Numbered from the stretch's first letter, positions 27,302 through 37,840 are shown. The stretch: DNA of 64,000 nucleotides from an uncultured delta proteobacterium (GCA_963778115.1 CAVZSV010000004.1:2688001-2752000); one strand, 5' to 3'. Notes: generated by a model from the sequence alone, not told the origin. A program made the numbers and translations.

Positions 27302-27486
27302 CTTACCGCCTTTGAAAGTAGGGGCGGCTTATATCATCCGAACGCATTATCTTCCAATGCTTTCTGGTTTATTTAAATATTTCGTATAGATAACGGGATT
27401 TTCGTGGTGGCTAATATCATCGATTTAGGCACGTAAATTTAGAATAATTGTAAAAAATGGGTTACTATTAGTCCCATCAACATCCG

Positions 27487-27936
27487 ATGAATCCAGAAAA
27501 AGAACAAGAACGTCCCTTTTTTCGCTCTTTCTCGCAGAAGATGGTTGGGCTTTGTTTACTCAGTCAAATCGCTTGTTCCGTCGTCTTTTGCCTTAGCCTC
27601 TACCATGTGTTTGCCTCGTGGCACCTTCATTCTTTATGCGCTCAAGAGTTAGCGCAATTGCGCGCTAACTTTGGAAATACCTCAACCCTCCCCGACGAGG
27701 AGGAGAATAGGCAACAATCCAAAGCTATTGTGATTCAGTTAACCAAGCTAAACATCGAAGTGGACCGCCAGAAGCAAGCGACGATTCAATATATGATTCC
27801 TACCATTCTTTCCGTCGTGAGCTGTTGGTTAGTCGGTTCGTTAACCGATAGCGCCGGAAACGACATTTGGGGACTCATTGTTCCATACCTCTCAAGCCTC
27901 GCCGGTATTTCCTTACCCAAGAAACGTAGCGTTTGA
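27487..27936 (+). CDS. Hypothetical membrane protein
   Basis: 149-aa ORF with two hydrophobic segments. Confidence 0.6.
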   Translation: MNPEKEQERPFFRSFSQKMVGLCLLSQIACSVVFCLSLYHVFASWHLHSLCAQELAQLRANFGNTSTLPDEEENRQQSKAIVIQLTKLNIEVDRQKQATIQYMIPTILSVVSCWLVGSLTDSAGNDIWGLIVPYLSSLAGISLPKKRSV

Positions 27937-28056
27937 GTAGGGGCTCCTGCCCAATTTTGTCACGTCTTCCCGCTTCGTTCGCGCCTCGCACGCACTTCGA
28001 TACGATTAAGTATGCCGTCGATCAAATTCGCTTAGAAACTTCTCGGTTGAATCTTT

Positions 28057-28722
28057 CTAGGAACATAGACGATTGATGTCTTCGTTCTCGAGATAGGTTT
28101 TGGGCGCCCCCCGTTTCGCCACTTTGATCATGGCGCGTCCGACACTCTCGGTAGTGGTGACATGCTTAGGAATGATAGCCTTCCAAAGCGGATACAGGGG
28201 GCCTACCACGGCGTACGCGGCTCGGTATATTTTGGTTTTGGATTTGATGCCGTGCAGGGGCTGGATAAACCCTGGTCGAAAGAGGTAGACTGCCTTAAAG
28301 CAAAGGCTCTTGAGCGCATTTTCGGTCTTTCCTTTCACCCGGGCCCACATGCTGCGCCCTTTTTCCGTACTGTCGGTTCCCGATCCGGAAACATAAATGA
28401 AAGTCATTTGGGGCGATTGTTCGACCAGAGTTTCTGCCGCCGCTAATGTTATGTCGTAGGTGATGCGCGAATAGTCGGCTTCCTTCATTCCCGCCGAGGA
28501 GACGCCTAAACAAAAAAAGCAAGCGTCGCAATCCGCAAACTCTCTTTTGATCGAAGAAAAATCAAAGAAATCTTTGTGGACAATCTCTTTAAGCTTCGGA
28601 TTCTGCGGTTCGGAAGCTTTACGAACGATGGACAAAACGTTCTGGATTTCGGGGTCCTTGAGACACTCGCGCAATACTCCTTGCCCCACCATGCCTGTCG
28701 CTCCGAAAAGAATCACTTTCAT
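28057..28722 (-). CDS. NAD(P)-binding Rossmann-fold epimerase-like protein
   Basis: GATGMVG; FFCLGVSS; WARVKGKTEN. Confidence 0.9.
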   Translation of the reverse strand: MKVILFGATGMVGQGVLRECLKDPEIQNVLSIVRKASEPQNPKLKEIVHKDFFDFSSIKREFADCDACFFCLGVSSAGMKEADYSRITYDITLAAAETLVEQSPQMTFIYVSGSGTDSTEKGRSMWARVKGKTENALKSLCFKAVYLFRPGFIQPLHGIKSKTKIYRAAYAVVGPLYPLWKAIIPKHVTTTESVGRAMIKVAKRGAPKTYLENEDINRLCS

Positions 28723-28808
28723 TGGTTTGCGCTCCCAGGCCTAAGTTACAAGATTCAACAGATATTGCAATTGAACCCTGAGCTTCTCTCGCACATAATA
28801 CGGGTGTC

Positions 28809-29963
28809 ATGGGAGGTCGGACTTTCAGTTATTGGGAGCTAGCGTGCGGTATTCCAACGCTTGCCAGGACCGAAGCCTTTGCCAAACCCGTAGCCGATTT
28901 GGATGTACTCATTGTTGGGGCGGGGTTTGCGGGCTCATGGCTCGCGTACTTTCTAAAGAAGAAAAAACCCAAACTAAATATTCTCATTGTTGAGCGAGAC
29001 GCTTTCAATTTAGGCGCGAGTGCTCGAAACGCAGGGTTCTTGTCTTGCGGAAATATTTCTGAATGGCTTGAGGATTCTAAAGAGTTTTCGTGGGAAGAGA
29101 CTATGGCTACCCTGCGCGCTCGCATAGACGGCATCAATATTATTAGAAATGAGTTTGGAAATTCGATGCCGTCGCACCGATGCGGCTCGATCGATGGTGA
29201 CCCGCTCACAGACGAGAAACGAGATCTCATTCAAAAATTCAATCGCGAGCTTAAAGAACAAGGTCACGATCCTATTTTTGAAGAAAACGAAGTCACGATT
29301 GGGGAAGCGACAAGGCTAGCCGCTTTCAATAATTTTGACGGCGAGGTCAATCCCTGTGAGCTGCTTTTAGCTCTCCATAACCAGTTAGCGGAAAACGGAG
29401 TCAAATTCTCCTTTGAGTGTCATGCAGATCAACTTCGAGATGGCGAAGCCCTGATGACACGCACTGGAAAGTCTTTTTCATTGAAATATCACTATGCTTT
29501 TGTCTGCACTAACGCTTTTACCCGACACTTGGCGCCAAAGACTGCGGTCATTCCCGTCAGGGGACAGATTTTGGTGACCTCCCCTTGTCAGACACCCACC
29601 ACGAAGAGTCTAGGGTTCTTTCGCTCAGGTTATGATTACTTTCGTTTTATCGGAGATCGAGTGCTGGTAGGAGGAGGCCGCCTCTCCTTTAAGGAACAGG
29701 AGAACACGGAAACTTTGGATGTTACCCCTCAGATTGAAGGTTACTTGAAGCAACTGGCCGAGAGGGTGACTGGCCACGCTAATTTTACCATCGACTACCA
29801 TTGGTCGGGAATCATGGGGCTCAGGAAAGGAAAGCATGCTTCCATCAGCGATTTAAATCAAAGGGTCAGCCTGGATGACAAGACCGAAGAGGTAGCCGGA
29901 TTTGGAGGTTGGGGCGTGACACTAACTCCCTACGTGATGAAAAGGCGGGCGGAACGATGGTAG
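28809..29963 (+). CDS. FAD-dependent oxidoreductase (DAO family)
   Basis: IVGAGFAG, GASARNAG, WSGIMG. Confidence 0.9.
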   Translation: MGGRTFSYWELACGIPTLARTEAFAKPVADLDVLIVGAGFAGSWLAYFLKKKKPKLNILIVERDAFNLGASARNAGFLSCGNISEWLEDSKEFSWEETMATLRARIDGINIIRNEFGNSMPSHRCGSIDGDPLTDEKRDLIQKFNRELKEQGHDPIFEENEVTIGEATRLAAFNNFDGEVNPCELLLALHNQLAENGVKFSFECHADQLRDGEALMTRTGKSFSLKYHYAFVCTNAFTRHLAPKTAVIPVRGQILVTSPCQTPTTKSLGFFRSGYDYFRFIGDRVLVGGGRLSFKEQENTETLDVTPQIEGYLKQLAERVTGHANFTIDYHWSGIMGLRKGKHASISDLNQRVSLDDKTEEVAGFGGWGVTLTPYVMKRRAERW

Positions 29964-30523
29964 ACCACCGATTCGTAGTCATTACGGGTGGACCTGGCGT
30001 GGGCAAAACAGCCCTAATTACCGAACTCTCTAAACGGCATTACCCTTGTATTGGGGAAGTTGCCCGCGAGATTATCAAAGAGCAACTGCAAGCCCAAGGT
30101 AACGCCTTGCCCTGGGGCGATAGAGAGGCCTACTGCGCTTTGATGCTAAAGCGTTCTTTGGAAGCCGAACAGAAAGCGCGGTCTAACGCTAAAGTTGGGC
30201 AAATCGTTTTCTTGGATCGGGGGATTCCCGACATTTTGGCATATACGCAACTGGTAGGGATAAGGCCTTCCAGATCGCTGACTCAAGCGATAGCGGATTA
30301 CCGATACAACGAAATAGTCTTTCTCCTACCTCCGTGGAAAGAGATCTACGTTACAGACGAAGAACGGAAACAAGATTTTGAGGAGGCCATTCGGACTGAC
30401 GAGTGGATGCGTAAGAGCTATCTTCAAAGCGGGTATCAGATCTGTGAGGTTCCTCGAATCTCTTCAGAAAGCCGCGCTGACTATGTGATAGCGCAATTGA
30501 GCAGGGGAAAAGAAAGAAAATGA
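29957..30523 (+). CDS. AAA_28/NadR-like P-loop ATPase
   Basis: ITGGPGVGKT, FLDRGIPD, PPWKEIYVTDEER. Confidence 0.88.
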   Translation: MVDHRFVVITGGPGVGKTALITELSKRHYPCIGEVAREIIKEQLQAQGNALPWGDREAYCALMLKRSLEAEQKARSNAKVGQIVFLDRGIPDILAYTQLVGIRPSRSLTQAIADYRYNEIVFLLPPWKEIYVTDEERKQDFEEAIRTDEWMRKSYLQSGYQICEVPRISSESRADYVIAQLSRGKERK

Positions 30524-31059
30524 TAACCATTTCCAAAGCCACTTTGGAAGATCTTGCCCTGTTGACCGACATTGGCAGGCGATCGGTAATTCAATCTCAC
30601 GGGCATAGTGCGTCCGCTCAGGACTTCGATACTTACTTGGCCAATAAATTCACTTTGGAAGCGATTCGCGAAGAGCTGAGCGAGCCTGAAAATCTATTTC
30701 ATCTCATTTACTACAAAGGAAAAGCCGCTGGCTATTCGAAGATTATATTCAATTCTCCCAATCCTCACATCGAATTTAGCGATGTTACCAAACTCGAAAG
30801 GCTCTATCTCCTTGAAGAGTTCTATGGCCTAAAATTGGGATGGCATCTGTTCGAGCATAATATCCAGCTCGCTAAGGCGGCTAGGCAGTCAGGCATTTGG
30901 CTCAATGTCTGGAAGAAAAATGACAGGGCGGTCGCCTTCTACACCAAAGCTGGCTTTGAAGTTGTTGGCCATGCTCTTTTTAAGATCTCTGAAAAGCATT
31001 CCAACCCCAACTTCGTCATGTGGAAAAAGCTGTCCGCGACGACGTTGCGAACTTACTGA
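30520..31059 (+). CDS. GNAT acetyltransferase (PaiA-like)
   Basis: LERLYLL..FYG.KLG; WLNVWKKN.RA..FY.K.GF. Confidence 0.88.
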   Translation: MITISKATLEDLALLTDIGRRSVIQSHGHSASAQDFDTYLANKFTLEAIREELSEPENLFHLIYYKGKAAGYSKIIFNSPNPHIEFSDVTKLERLYLLEEFYGLKLGWHLFEHNIQLAKAARQSGIWLNVWKKNDRAVAFYTKAGFEVVGHALFKISEKHSNPNFVMWKKLSATTLRTY

Positions 31060-31126
31060 TCTCTGTTGCTAAAAGAGAACTCTGTAAATTGAATCCGTCT
31101 CTTGTGCGCTGGGCCAGGTCTATGAG

Positions 31127-32080
31127 ATGACTAAAGTCATGGGCGGAACGGCACTTATAGTCAGAGGGTTATCCAAGAAATTTTCGCGAGAGGGTGCCAA
31201 TGCGGTCTGTGATCTTAATTTCGAAATTAAGACGGGAGAGTCTGTTGCTTTCTTGGGTCCCAATGGCGCCGGGAAAAGTACTACCATAAAGATGCTGTGC
31301 GGCATTTTAAGCCCTTCGTCGGGAGAGGCTTTAGTAGACGGTCATCCAGCGGGAAGCCATCAAGCGAATCGTGTATTGGGGCTGGTATTTGGAACTCGAA
31401 GCCAGCTCTATCTTCATATGACGGTGGCCCAATGCTTAGATTTAGTGGCTGAGATCTATTATGTGACCGGCTCTGAGAAGCAAGCTCGTATTCGAGAACT
31501 TACCGCACTCTTTCATATTGAAGACCTGCTTTCCGCTAGGGTAAGAACTCTCTCTCTGGGCCAAAGAATGAGATGCGAAGTCATCGCGGCGTTGGTTCAT
31601 CGTCCGAGGATCTTACTCGCTGACGAACCCACGATCGGACTTGATATTGTAGCCAAGAACCAACTTCGAGAACTGATCTTGCGATGGCAACGGGTCGAAC
31701 AAACCACCTTGATGCTGACGAGCCATGACCTCTCCGATGTGGAAGCCTTATGCAGTCGCTGTATCTTGATCGACAAAGGAACTAAGCGTTTCGATGGGCC
31801 CATCGCTTCGCTGAAAGGAGATCTATCTTCTTTGCGAAGAGTTCAAGTCACCACCTCGAATACGGAAAGAGGCATTCTATCCTCTCGTACGGATCTTCAG
31901 GTACTCGAATGTGACGAATATGTTCATCGCTACGAACTATCGACAAAGCGGCTTCTCATGGCAGAAGGGCTTTCTCTTTTGTCCGCTCACTATGGAGATT
32001 CTTTGGTGGATATCGGTATCTCGGAGGTTACTCTGGAAGAGGTAATCAATAGAATGTACTTGGAAGCTAGACTGGTATGA
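31127..32080 (+). CDS. ABC transporter ATP-binding protein
   Basis: GPNGAGKST, LSLGQRMR, DEPTIGLD, TSHD. Confidence 0.93.
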   Translation: MTKVMGGTALIVRGLSKKFSREGANAVCDLNFEIKTGESVAFLGPNGAGKSTTIKMLCGILSPSSGEALVDGHPAGSHQANRVLGLVFGTRSQLYLHMTVAQCLDLVAEIYYVTGSEKQARIRELTALFHIEDLLSARVRTLSLGQRMRCEVIAALVHRPRILLADEPTIGLDIVAKNQLRELILRWQRVEQTTLMLTSHDLSDVEALCSRCILIDKGTKRFDGPIASLKGDLSSLRRVQVTTSNTERGILSSRTDLQVLECDEYVHRYELSTKRLLMAEGLSLLSAHYGDSLVDIGISEVTLEEVINRMYLEARLV

Positions 32081-32877
32081 CAGCCGCAGAATCAGTCACA
32101 GGATCGCTCCTTTTTCATGGAAAACATGCCTGGTTTAACATTAAGGAGCAGTTTTCCGATCTTGCTAGCGGGATCGTCGGCTTTTTGCTTTTTCCGTTTT
32201 TGGTTTGGATCGTATCCAAAGTATGGGAGAGGTTTAACTCCTATCAGGGAAACTACACGATCCGCGAAGTAACGCTTTATATTGGGGTTGCCGAAATTCT
32301 TTTTATGTCGTTTCTTCGTCCCTCGTCGATTTCCCGAGCGACTTCGGACTTCTCTTTGTCACTGGCGCGACCTCGGTCGTGGTTGGCGATGAGTTTTTCG
32401 GGAATTTTCGGCCGTTGCTTAGGATCTCGCGTAGTGTATTTGACGATTTTTTTGATTCTAATTCCTCTACTGGGAGTTCCCTTTCCTCAAGTGTTGGGGG
32501 CAGCCATACGGGTAACTTTGCTTTTTCCGATCTTAGGACTGGTCCAAGGGCTTATCGGCCTTCTTTTTGCTTCGGCTCAAGTGGTCTGGTTTGAAACCAG
32601 CTATTTTGTCCTTCCCACGAGTAAAATGTTTTTGATCTTGGGAGGAGTATTAGGTCCTCTTATAGATTTTAGTGAACCGTGGAAATCGAGATTCATGGCA
32701 GTTCCTTCTTCGGATCTCTTTTTTCAGCCGGCACATTTTTGTGTAAGGGGGGAGTTTTATGGAATGACCGTGGGAGCTTGGCTCTTGCGAATCGCGGTAT
32801 TATCCGCTGCTTTGGGAATCGCTAACCTCGCGCTCTATTACTATGCGAGACGCCATCATCAGAGTTACGGGGGATAA
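32077..32877 (+). CDS. ABC-2 family permease (DUF990-like)
   Basis: Multiple TM helices; C-terminal YGG; coupled to the ATPase gene. Confidence 0.8.
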   Translation: MTAAESVTGSLLFHGKHAWFNIKEQFSDLASGIVGFLLFPFLVWIVSKVWERFNSYQGNYTIREVTLYIGVAEILFMSFLRPSSISRATSDFSLSLARPRSWLAMSFSGIFGRCLGSRVVYLTIFLILIPLLGVPFPQVLGAAIRVTLLFPILGLVQGLIGLLFASAQVVWFETSYFVLPTSKMFLILGGVLGPLIDFSEPWKSRFMAVPSSDLFFQPAHFCVRGEFYGMTVGAWLLRIAVLSAALGIANLALYYYARRHHQSYGG

Positions 32878-32878
32878 G

Positions 32879-33661
32879 ATGAGAGGCCGACTAATCCGAA
32901 AAGCGCTGTTATATAATTGGGACGCGCATATCTCAAATCTGCCCAATCTTATTGCCGGCGCGCTCGGCATGATCATCAACAACACGATCCTGTTTGCGGG
33001 ACTTTGGGCGATGATATTTGCCGGGAAAGCTCGCAACGCGGAATTGTTACCGTACTTCATCGCTCTAAACGCGGTGGTTATGGTTTCATGGGGAGGGCTG
33101 AATTTCTGGTTCGGGGGACTAAGGTTATTAGGAGAGCTTATCACTGAGGGAAGGCTTGAGCCGATGCTTGCCACTCCCAGAAATCCCATTTTATTGGCCT
33201 CGATCTCGCGATCTCAACCTATCTCTCTGGGAGATGTCGTCATGGGGCTTGTAGTGATTGCCATTATGGCGTTTAAATTTAGCTTTCTAGTGGCCGTGAG
33301 AAGTCTTTTGGCCGCAGGAATTTCTACACTGGCTTTTGCAGCGCTCTACATCTTCTGCGGAGCGCTTACTTTCTTTATTCCCCGAGGCGATCGCATTGGC
33401 GAGTTATTAACCGAAGTGACGCTTTCGATGTCAGTCTACCCAATAGGAAAAATGTTTGGCGGTCCGGGCCATTTGTTTATTCTTTTGTCTCCGGCAGCAG
33501 TGACGGCAGTACTTCCTCTTGAATTCGTGGAACACTCAGGGCTATTGGCTTTTGCAATCGCTTTTTCCGTGGCTTCGATCTGCTTAGGACTATCGATGCT
33601 CTTCTTTCGACAAGGAATGAAGAGATACCAATCGGTGAGTTATGTGGGAGCGCAATTTTAG
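32879..33661 (+). CDS. ABC-2 family permease (DUF990-like)
   Basis: I.EGRLE..L..P; RYQSV C-terminus; TM helices. Confidence 0.8.
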   Translation: MRGRLIRKALLYNWDAHISNLPNLIAGALGMIINNTILFAGLWAMIFAGKARNAELLPYFIALNAVVMVSWGGLNFWFGGLRLLGELITEGRLEPMLATPRNPILLASISRSQPISLGDVVMGLVVIAIMAFKFSFLVAVRSLLAAGISTLAFAALYIFCGALTFFIPRGDRIGELLTEVTLSMSVYPIGKMFGGPGHLFILLSPAAVTAVLPLEFVEHSGLLAFAIAFSVASICLGLSMLFFRQGMKRYQSVSYVGAQF

Positions 33662-33665
33662 AAAT

Positions 33666-34508
33666 CTAGGTCTTAAGAAGCATTGATAGTTGTGAAAGCG
33701 ACTGGATGACGAGCACTCCCTGCCTACGGGGCAGAGTCTTTTCATTTCGCTGAATCCAAATAGGCAGAAGACCGGCGTTTTGAGCCCCAACGACATCGAT
33801 TTCATGGAGATCTCCCACATAAGCCGCTTCACTCGGTTGAACTCCGAGTCGATCGCACGCTAAGTGAAAGATCTTGGGATTTGGCTTAGCAAACCCCACG
33901 TCTCCAGAGACGATGACGACTTCAAAATACTTTTCGAGGCCACATTGGGAGATCTTGGCCAGCTGTTGCTGACTCCAGCCGTTAGTTATCATTCCCATTT
34001 TCCGGCCCATTTTCCGGCCCATTTTCCGGCCCATTTTCCGGCCCATTTTCCGGTCCATTTTCCGGCCCATTTTCCGGTCCATTTTCCGGTCCATTTTCCG
34101 GTCCATTTTCCGGTCCATTTTCCGGTCTGGTTTCTGTTTTAGGGTTTCCAGACAGGCAATCGTGTCGGGATACAACTCCCAATGATCGGCATAGAGTTTT
34201 AAGAATTTATCCGAAATGGAAAGACAGTTCTCATCGGAAAGAGAGAGTCCCGTTGGCTCCCAGACTTGGCGGACCCTTAACACTCGCTGCTCGTCGTGAG
34301 AGAGTTCACCTCGAGTGTGTCTTGGATAGATCTCATGGTAAGCACGAAGCCAGGCCACATGAATGAGGGACTCCGTGGCATAGGGAATATGCAGTTCGAA
34401 ATGGGTTTTATAAATTTCGGTGGTAGCGCGCTCCACCGCTCGAGAGTGATTGAGGAGCGTGTCGTCCAAATCGAAAATTATCGCCTTTTTATTTGTCAGA
34501 TCGTTCAC
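33666..34508 (-). CDS. HAD-IA hydrolase with internal RKM[DG] x11 expansion
   Basis: FDLDDTL, ITNG, AKPNPKIF, VGD...DV.GA; probable GTG start at 34508. Confidence 0.88.
   Translation of the reverse strand: MNDLTNKKAIIFDLDDTLLNHSRAVERATTEIYKTHFELHIPYATESLIHVAWLRAYHEIYPRHTRGELSHDEQRVLRVRQVWEPTGLSLSDENCLSISDKFLKLYADHWELYPDTIACLETLKQKPDRKMDRKMDRKMDRKMDRKMGRKMDRKMGRKMGRKMGRKMGRKMGMITNGWSQQQLAKISQCGLEKYFEVVIVSGDVGFAKPNPKIFHLACDRLGVQPSEAAYVGDLHEIDVVGAQNAGLLPIWIQRNEKTLPRRQGVLVIQSLSQLSMLLKT
33994..34125. repeat. Tandem repeat, 11 x 12 bp (YCCATTTTCCGG)
   Basis: Counted directly; units start with C or T. Confidence 0.97.
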
Positions 34509-34563
34509 GGAAACTAAAGATACTGCGGTCTGGTGGCCTTTGAAAGAACAGGATAGAAAGAAA

Positions 34564-34992
34564 ATGGAACCGCGCATCAGTATCATTACTTTAGGGGTCA
34601 AAGATCTGGAGAGGTCGCTTCGTTTCTACCGTGATGGGCTAGGTTTTCCCACCACCCGCAAAACCTACGAAGGAATCATCTTTTTCAAAACGAAGGGGAC
34701 ATGCCTTGCCTTGTTTCCTTACCAAGCATTAGCCGAAGATATCTGTGAAACCTTTGTAGGACCGCGCTCAAAATTTCCGGGCATCACTCTAGCTCACAAT
34801 GTACGAACTCCCAAAGAGGTCGATGATTTTTTACTTCGGGCAGAGAAGGCCGGGGCCAAGATTGAAAAGAAAGCGAAGCAAACCTATTGGGGAGGTTACA
34901 GTGGTTACTTTTCCGATCCGGATGGCTTTTTATGGGAAATAGCGTGCGGTGCTTTTGAGTTCAGCGAAGATGGAAGTTTGATCATCACGTAA
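34564..34992 (+). CDS. VOC/glyoxalase family protein
   Basis: RISIITLGVKDL.RS..FY; WGGYSGYFSDPDG.LWE. Confidence 0.92.
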   Translation: MEPRISIITLGVKDLERSLRFYRDGLGFPTTRKTYEGIIFFKTKGTCLALFPYQALAEDICETFVGPRSKFPGITLAHNVRTPKEVDDFLLRAEKAGAKIEKKAKQTYWGGYSGYFSDPDGFLWEIACGAFEFSEDGSLIIT

Positions 34993-35012
34993 TAGGGCTT
35001 AGCGAATCTTAA

Positions 35013-35663
35013 CTAGGGGAGCTCCAAGATGGCTTTCTTCTCGGCGATATATTCCGATAACTCGCTAGGGATCCATGGATTTCTAATCTCTGCGAGAAGA
35101 ACCATATCCGCCGAAAGCTTTTCAACCGGTTGGTAGTACGAGGGCTGAACAGGAAAGTTGGCGATCTCGCTAAGATTACGAGAGACGACGATTAACGAGT
35201 AACGCCCCCGGTTCAAATACCTGGAGGAAAAAGGGGCCCCGCGCCCAAAAGGGTAAATGACCGGATGCAAAACCATTCGTTCTCCGGTTTGACTCAAGAT
35301 TATCGCCGTAATCGAAACCTCTTCGAAACCCCGCCAACTTTCATTCGTAACCAGATTTTTCATCTCAACAGCCCGAGTAGAGTTATCGGAAAACAGGGGG
35401 AACCCTAAATTTCTGCGTCCGCTAAGGATTTGGGAAGTGGGTGAGATGACCATTAGTTCGACGACAGAGCCGGAAAAGGGTTCGTCAAAAGTCTTCCAAA
35501 GGGACGGGTATTCGTAATGATAGGGAAAGGCCCTGGCGAGAAACGTTTTGCAGGCACGGGTTCTCAAGCGTTCCACCCTCTTAAATTGGGCAGCCGTGGC
35601 AGGAAGGGTGAAAAATATCGCTAGAAGCAAGAGCCCTTTAATTTTCGGTACGAAGTGATTCAT
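35013..35663 (-). CDS. Secreted hypothetical protein
   Basis: 216 aa; signal-peptide-like N-terminus. Confidence 0.6.
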   Translation of the reverse strand: MNHFVPKIKGLLLLAIFFTLPATAAQFKRVERLRTRACKTFLARAFPYHYEYPSLWKTFDEPFSGSVVELMVISPTSQILSGRRNLGFPLFSDNSTRAVEMKNLVTNESWRGFEEVSITAIILSQTGERMVLHPVIYPFGRGAPFSSRYLNRGRYSLIVVSRNLSEIANFPVQPSYYQPVEKLSADMVLLAEIRNPWIPSELSEYIAEKKAILELP

Positions 35664-35831
35664 GCAAAAAAAATCATAATTTTAGATCGAGCTAAAGTTT
35701 GTATGGTGCGGCGCGTCTCTTTGTCAAGGTGGGAGCCTGCCACCAGGGAAGTCGGACTAAAAACTACCACGTCCGAAAATGGCCAGTGAGGCCTTGAACC
35801 CTGTGCTAGAACACTACACAGGGGTACCCCT

Positions 35832-37292
35832 ATGAGTGAAAAAGACGCCGTTAATGACATTTATTATAAGGCCCTCACCTCCAAAGATCGCCGGTTCGAC
35901 GGTCGTGTTTTCTTTGGGGTGCGGACTACGGGGATTTACTGTCGCCCGGTCTGTCCCGCTAAGATTCCCTTACGAAAAAACGTCACGTTTCATCTCACGG
36001 CGGCTTCCGCCGAAGAGGCGGGCTATCGCCCCTGCCTGCGCTGCCGCCCGGAAACCAGTCCCAATACACCCAGCTGGGGAGGAACCTCCGCTACGATCTC
36101 TCGAGCCTTACGTCTAATCCATTCTGGTCAGGAGGGAGACGAAGGGGTAAAGGGACTGGCGAATCAACTGGGTATTGGAGAACGCCACCTTCGCCGACTC
36201 TTCTTGGAGCACTTGGGAGCTTCTCCCACCACTGTGATACAGGTGAGGCGGCTGAATTTTGCCAGACGGCTTATTGATGAAACTGAGCTTTCGATGTCGG
36301 AAGTAGCCTTTGCTTCGGGCTTTGAGTCGATCCGAAGATTTAATGACGCTTTTAAGAACCGGTTTAGGCGATCTCCTTCTCAAGCGCGCAAAGGGATTTT
36401 GAGAAAAGCCGAAAAGGGGTCGGAACTTACTTTGAAGCTTGCCTATCGTCCTCCTTTTGAATGGCACTCACTGCTAACCTTCTTAGCAGCAAGAGCCGTT
36501 ACGGGAGTGGAGTGCGTTACGGATGGCTGCTATTTGAGAACCATCCAAATAGAAGACGTGCCGGGATGGATTCGAATCAAAGCGGATCTCGATGCCCATA
36601 GCATCCTTCTTACTATCCATCCGCCTCGAGTGAATGGTCTTATTGAGATTATACATAGAGTGACGAGTCTTCTCGATCTCGACGCGGATCCTCTTGCGAT
36701 TGCACGAGCACTCTCTGGAGGCGGGTTTTTGAAAGGGGAGCTTAGAGAATATCCGGGCCTTCGGGTTCCAGGTAGCTGGGACCCCTTTGAAATCGCCGTA
36801 CGCGCTATTGTAGGACAGCAAATAAGCATCGCGGGAGCTCGAACCATCTTAGGGCGTTTGGTCGAGCGGTTTGGAGTTCCCGTCAAATGCGAGATTCCCG
36901 GTCTAAGATATCTCTTTCCAACGGCTAACGTTTTGTTGCGAGGAAATTTTAATGATATTGGTCTAACCCCCAAGAGAGTCCAGACCATTCGTATCTTGGC
37001 GAAACAGGTGAGCCAAGGAAGATTGTCGTTAAACAGTCTGTCCGATCCACTGGCTACACGAGAACAGTTGATGGCCATTTCAGGTATTGGTCGTTGGACC
37101 GCCGAATATATCGCGATGAGGGCACTGAGAGATCCCGATGCTTTTCCTGGATCGGACCTGGTGATTCGTCGTGAGTTAGCAAAAAGAGAGTTGAAAGAGG
37201 CTCCCGATCACTGGAGGCCTTGGCGATCTTACGGAGCGCTCTACTTATGGAAGGCTGCTTCTGGAAACCCTAAGAGGAGAATCAACCGATGA
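35832..37292 (+). CDS. alkA: AdaA-AlkA fusion (Ada Zn domain, AraC HTH, 3-methyladenine glycosylase II)
   Basis: GIYCRPVC, GYRPCLRCRP, GQQIS, GIGRWTA.Y, DAFP..DL, WRPWRSY. Confidence 0.92.
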   Translation: MSEKDAVNDIYYKALTSKDRRFDGRVFFGVRTTGIYCRPVCPAKIPLRKNVTFHLTAASAEEAGYRPCLRCRPETSPNTPSWGGTSATISRALRLIHSGQEGDEGVKGLANQLGIGERHLRRLFLEHLGASPTTVIQVRRLNFARRLIDETELSMSEVAFASGFESIRRFNDAFKNRFRRSPSQARKGILRKAEKGSELTLKLAYRPPFEWHSLLTFLAARAVTGVECVTDGCYLRTIQIEDVPGWIRIKADLDAHSILLTIHPPRVNGLIEIIHRVTSLLDLDADPLAIARALSGGGFLKGELREYPGLRVPGSWDPFEIAVRAIVGQQISIAGARTILGRLVERFGVPVKCEIPGLRYLFPTANVLLRGNFNDIGLTPKRVQTIRILAKQVSQGRLSLNSLSDPLATREQLMAISGIGRWTAEYIAMRALRDPDAFPGSDLVIRRELAKRELKEAPDHWRPWRSYGALYLWKAASGNPKRRINR

Positions 37293-37840
37293 AATTAACC
37301 CTTTGTTCCCTTTACCATTATAAAAAGATTCGAACCCCGGTTGGAGAGCTCACCATAGTAGCGGGAGATCGAGGAGTTTCAGCACTCCTCTGGGAAGATG
37401 ATTCCGGGGAACGTGTCCCTCTTCCCAAGAACTTGGAGCTAAGTAATTCCTACGCATTACTAACGGATGCCGAACGCCAGCTTCACGAATATTTTCTTGG
37501 AAAAAGAAGGCAGTTCGATATTCCTTTGGCGGCCGAAGGGACCGTTTTTCAAAAACGGGTCTGGAAGCTACTTGCTCAAATTCCCTATGGCGAGACAAGT
37601 CACTATCAAGCAATTGCGGAAAAGCTCGGAGATCCCAGAAAGGCACGGCCCGTCGGTGCCGCCAACGGCAATAATCCTATCTCCATCATTGTCCCCTGCC
37701 ACCGTGTGATAGGAAAAGACGGAAGTCTTTTCGGCTTTGCAGGAGGACTGAAGATAAAACGCAGATTATTAGATCTCGAGAGACAGTCTATTTCGGAAGG
37801 TTTCGGCGGGTTGCCCGACCGAGAAGCGCATGCTACATGA
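37289..37840 (+). CDS. ogt: Methylated-DNA-protein-cysteine methyltransferase
   Basis: IPYGET, NPISIIVPCHRV. Confidence 0.93.
   Translation: MKLTLCSLYHYKKIRTPVGELTIVAGDRGVSALLWEDDSGERVPLPKNLELSNSYALLTDAERQLHEYFLGKRRQFDIPLAAEGTVFQKRVWKLLAQIPYGETSHYQAIAEKLGDPRKARPVGAANGNNPISIIVPCHRVIGKDGSLFGFAGGLKIKRRLLDLERQSISEGFGGLPDREAHAT

Noticed and set aside
33994..34125. CRISPR array, or the alternative-frame ORFs (HFPA/HFPV and ENGP repeats)
   Set aside because: Contiguous 12-bp units with no spacers and no cas genes; the other ORFs are shadows of the repeat.
35753..35786. CGGAC-N13-GTCCG inverted repeat as an Ada box
   Set aside because: Only 5-bp arms and a single occurrence; plausible but unsupported.
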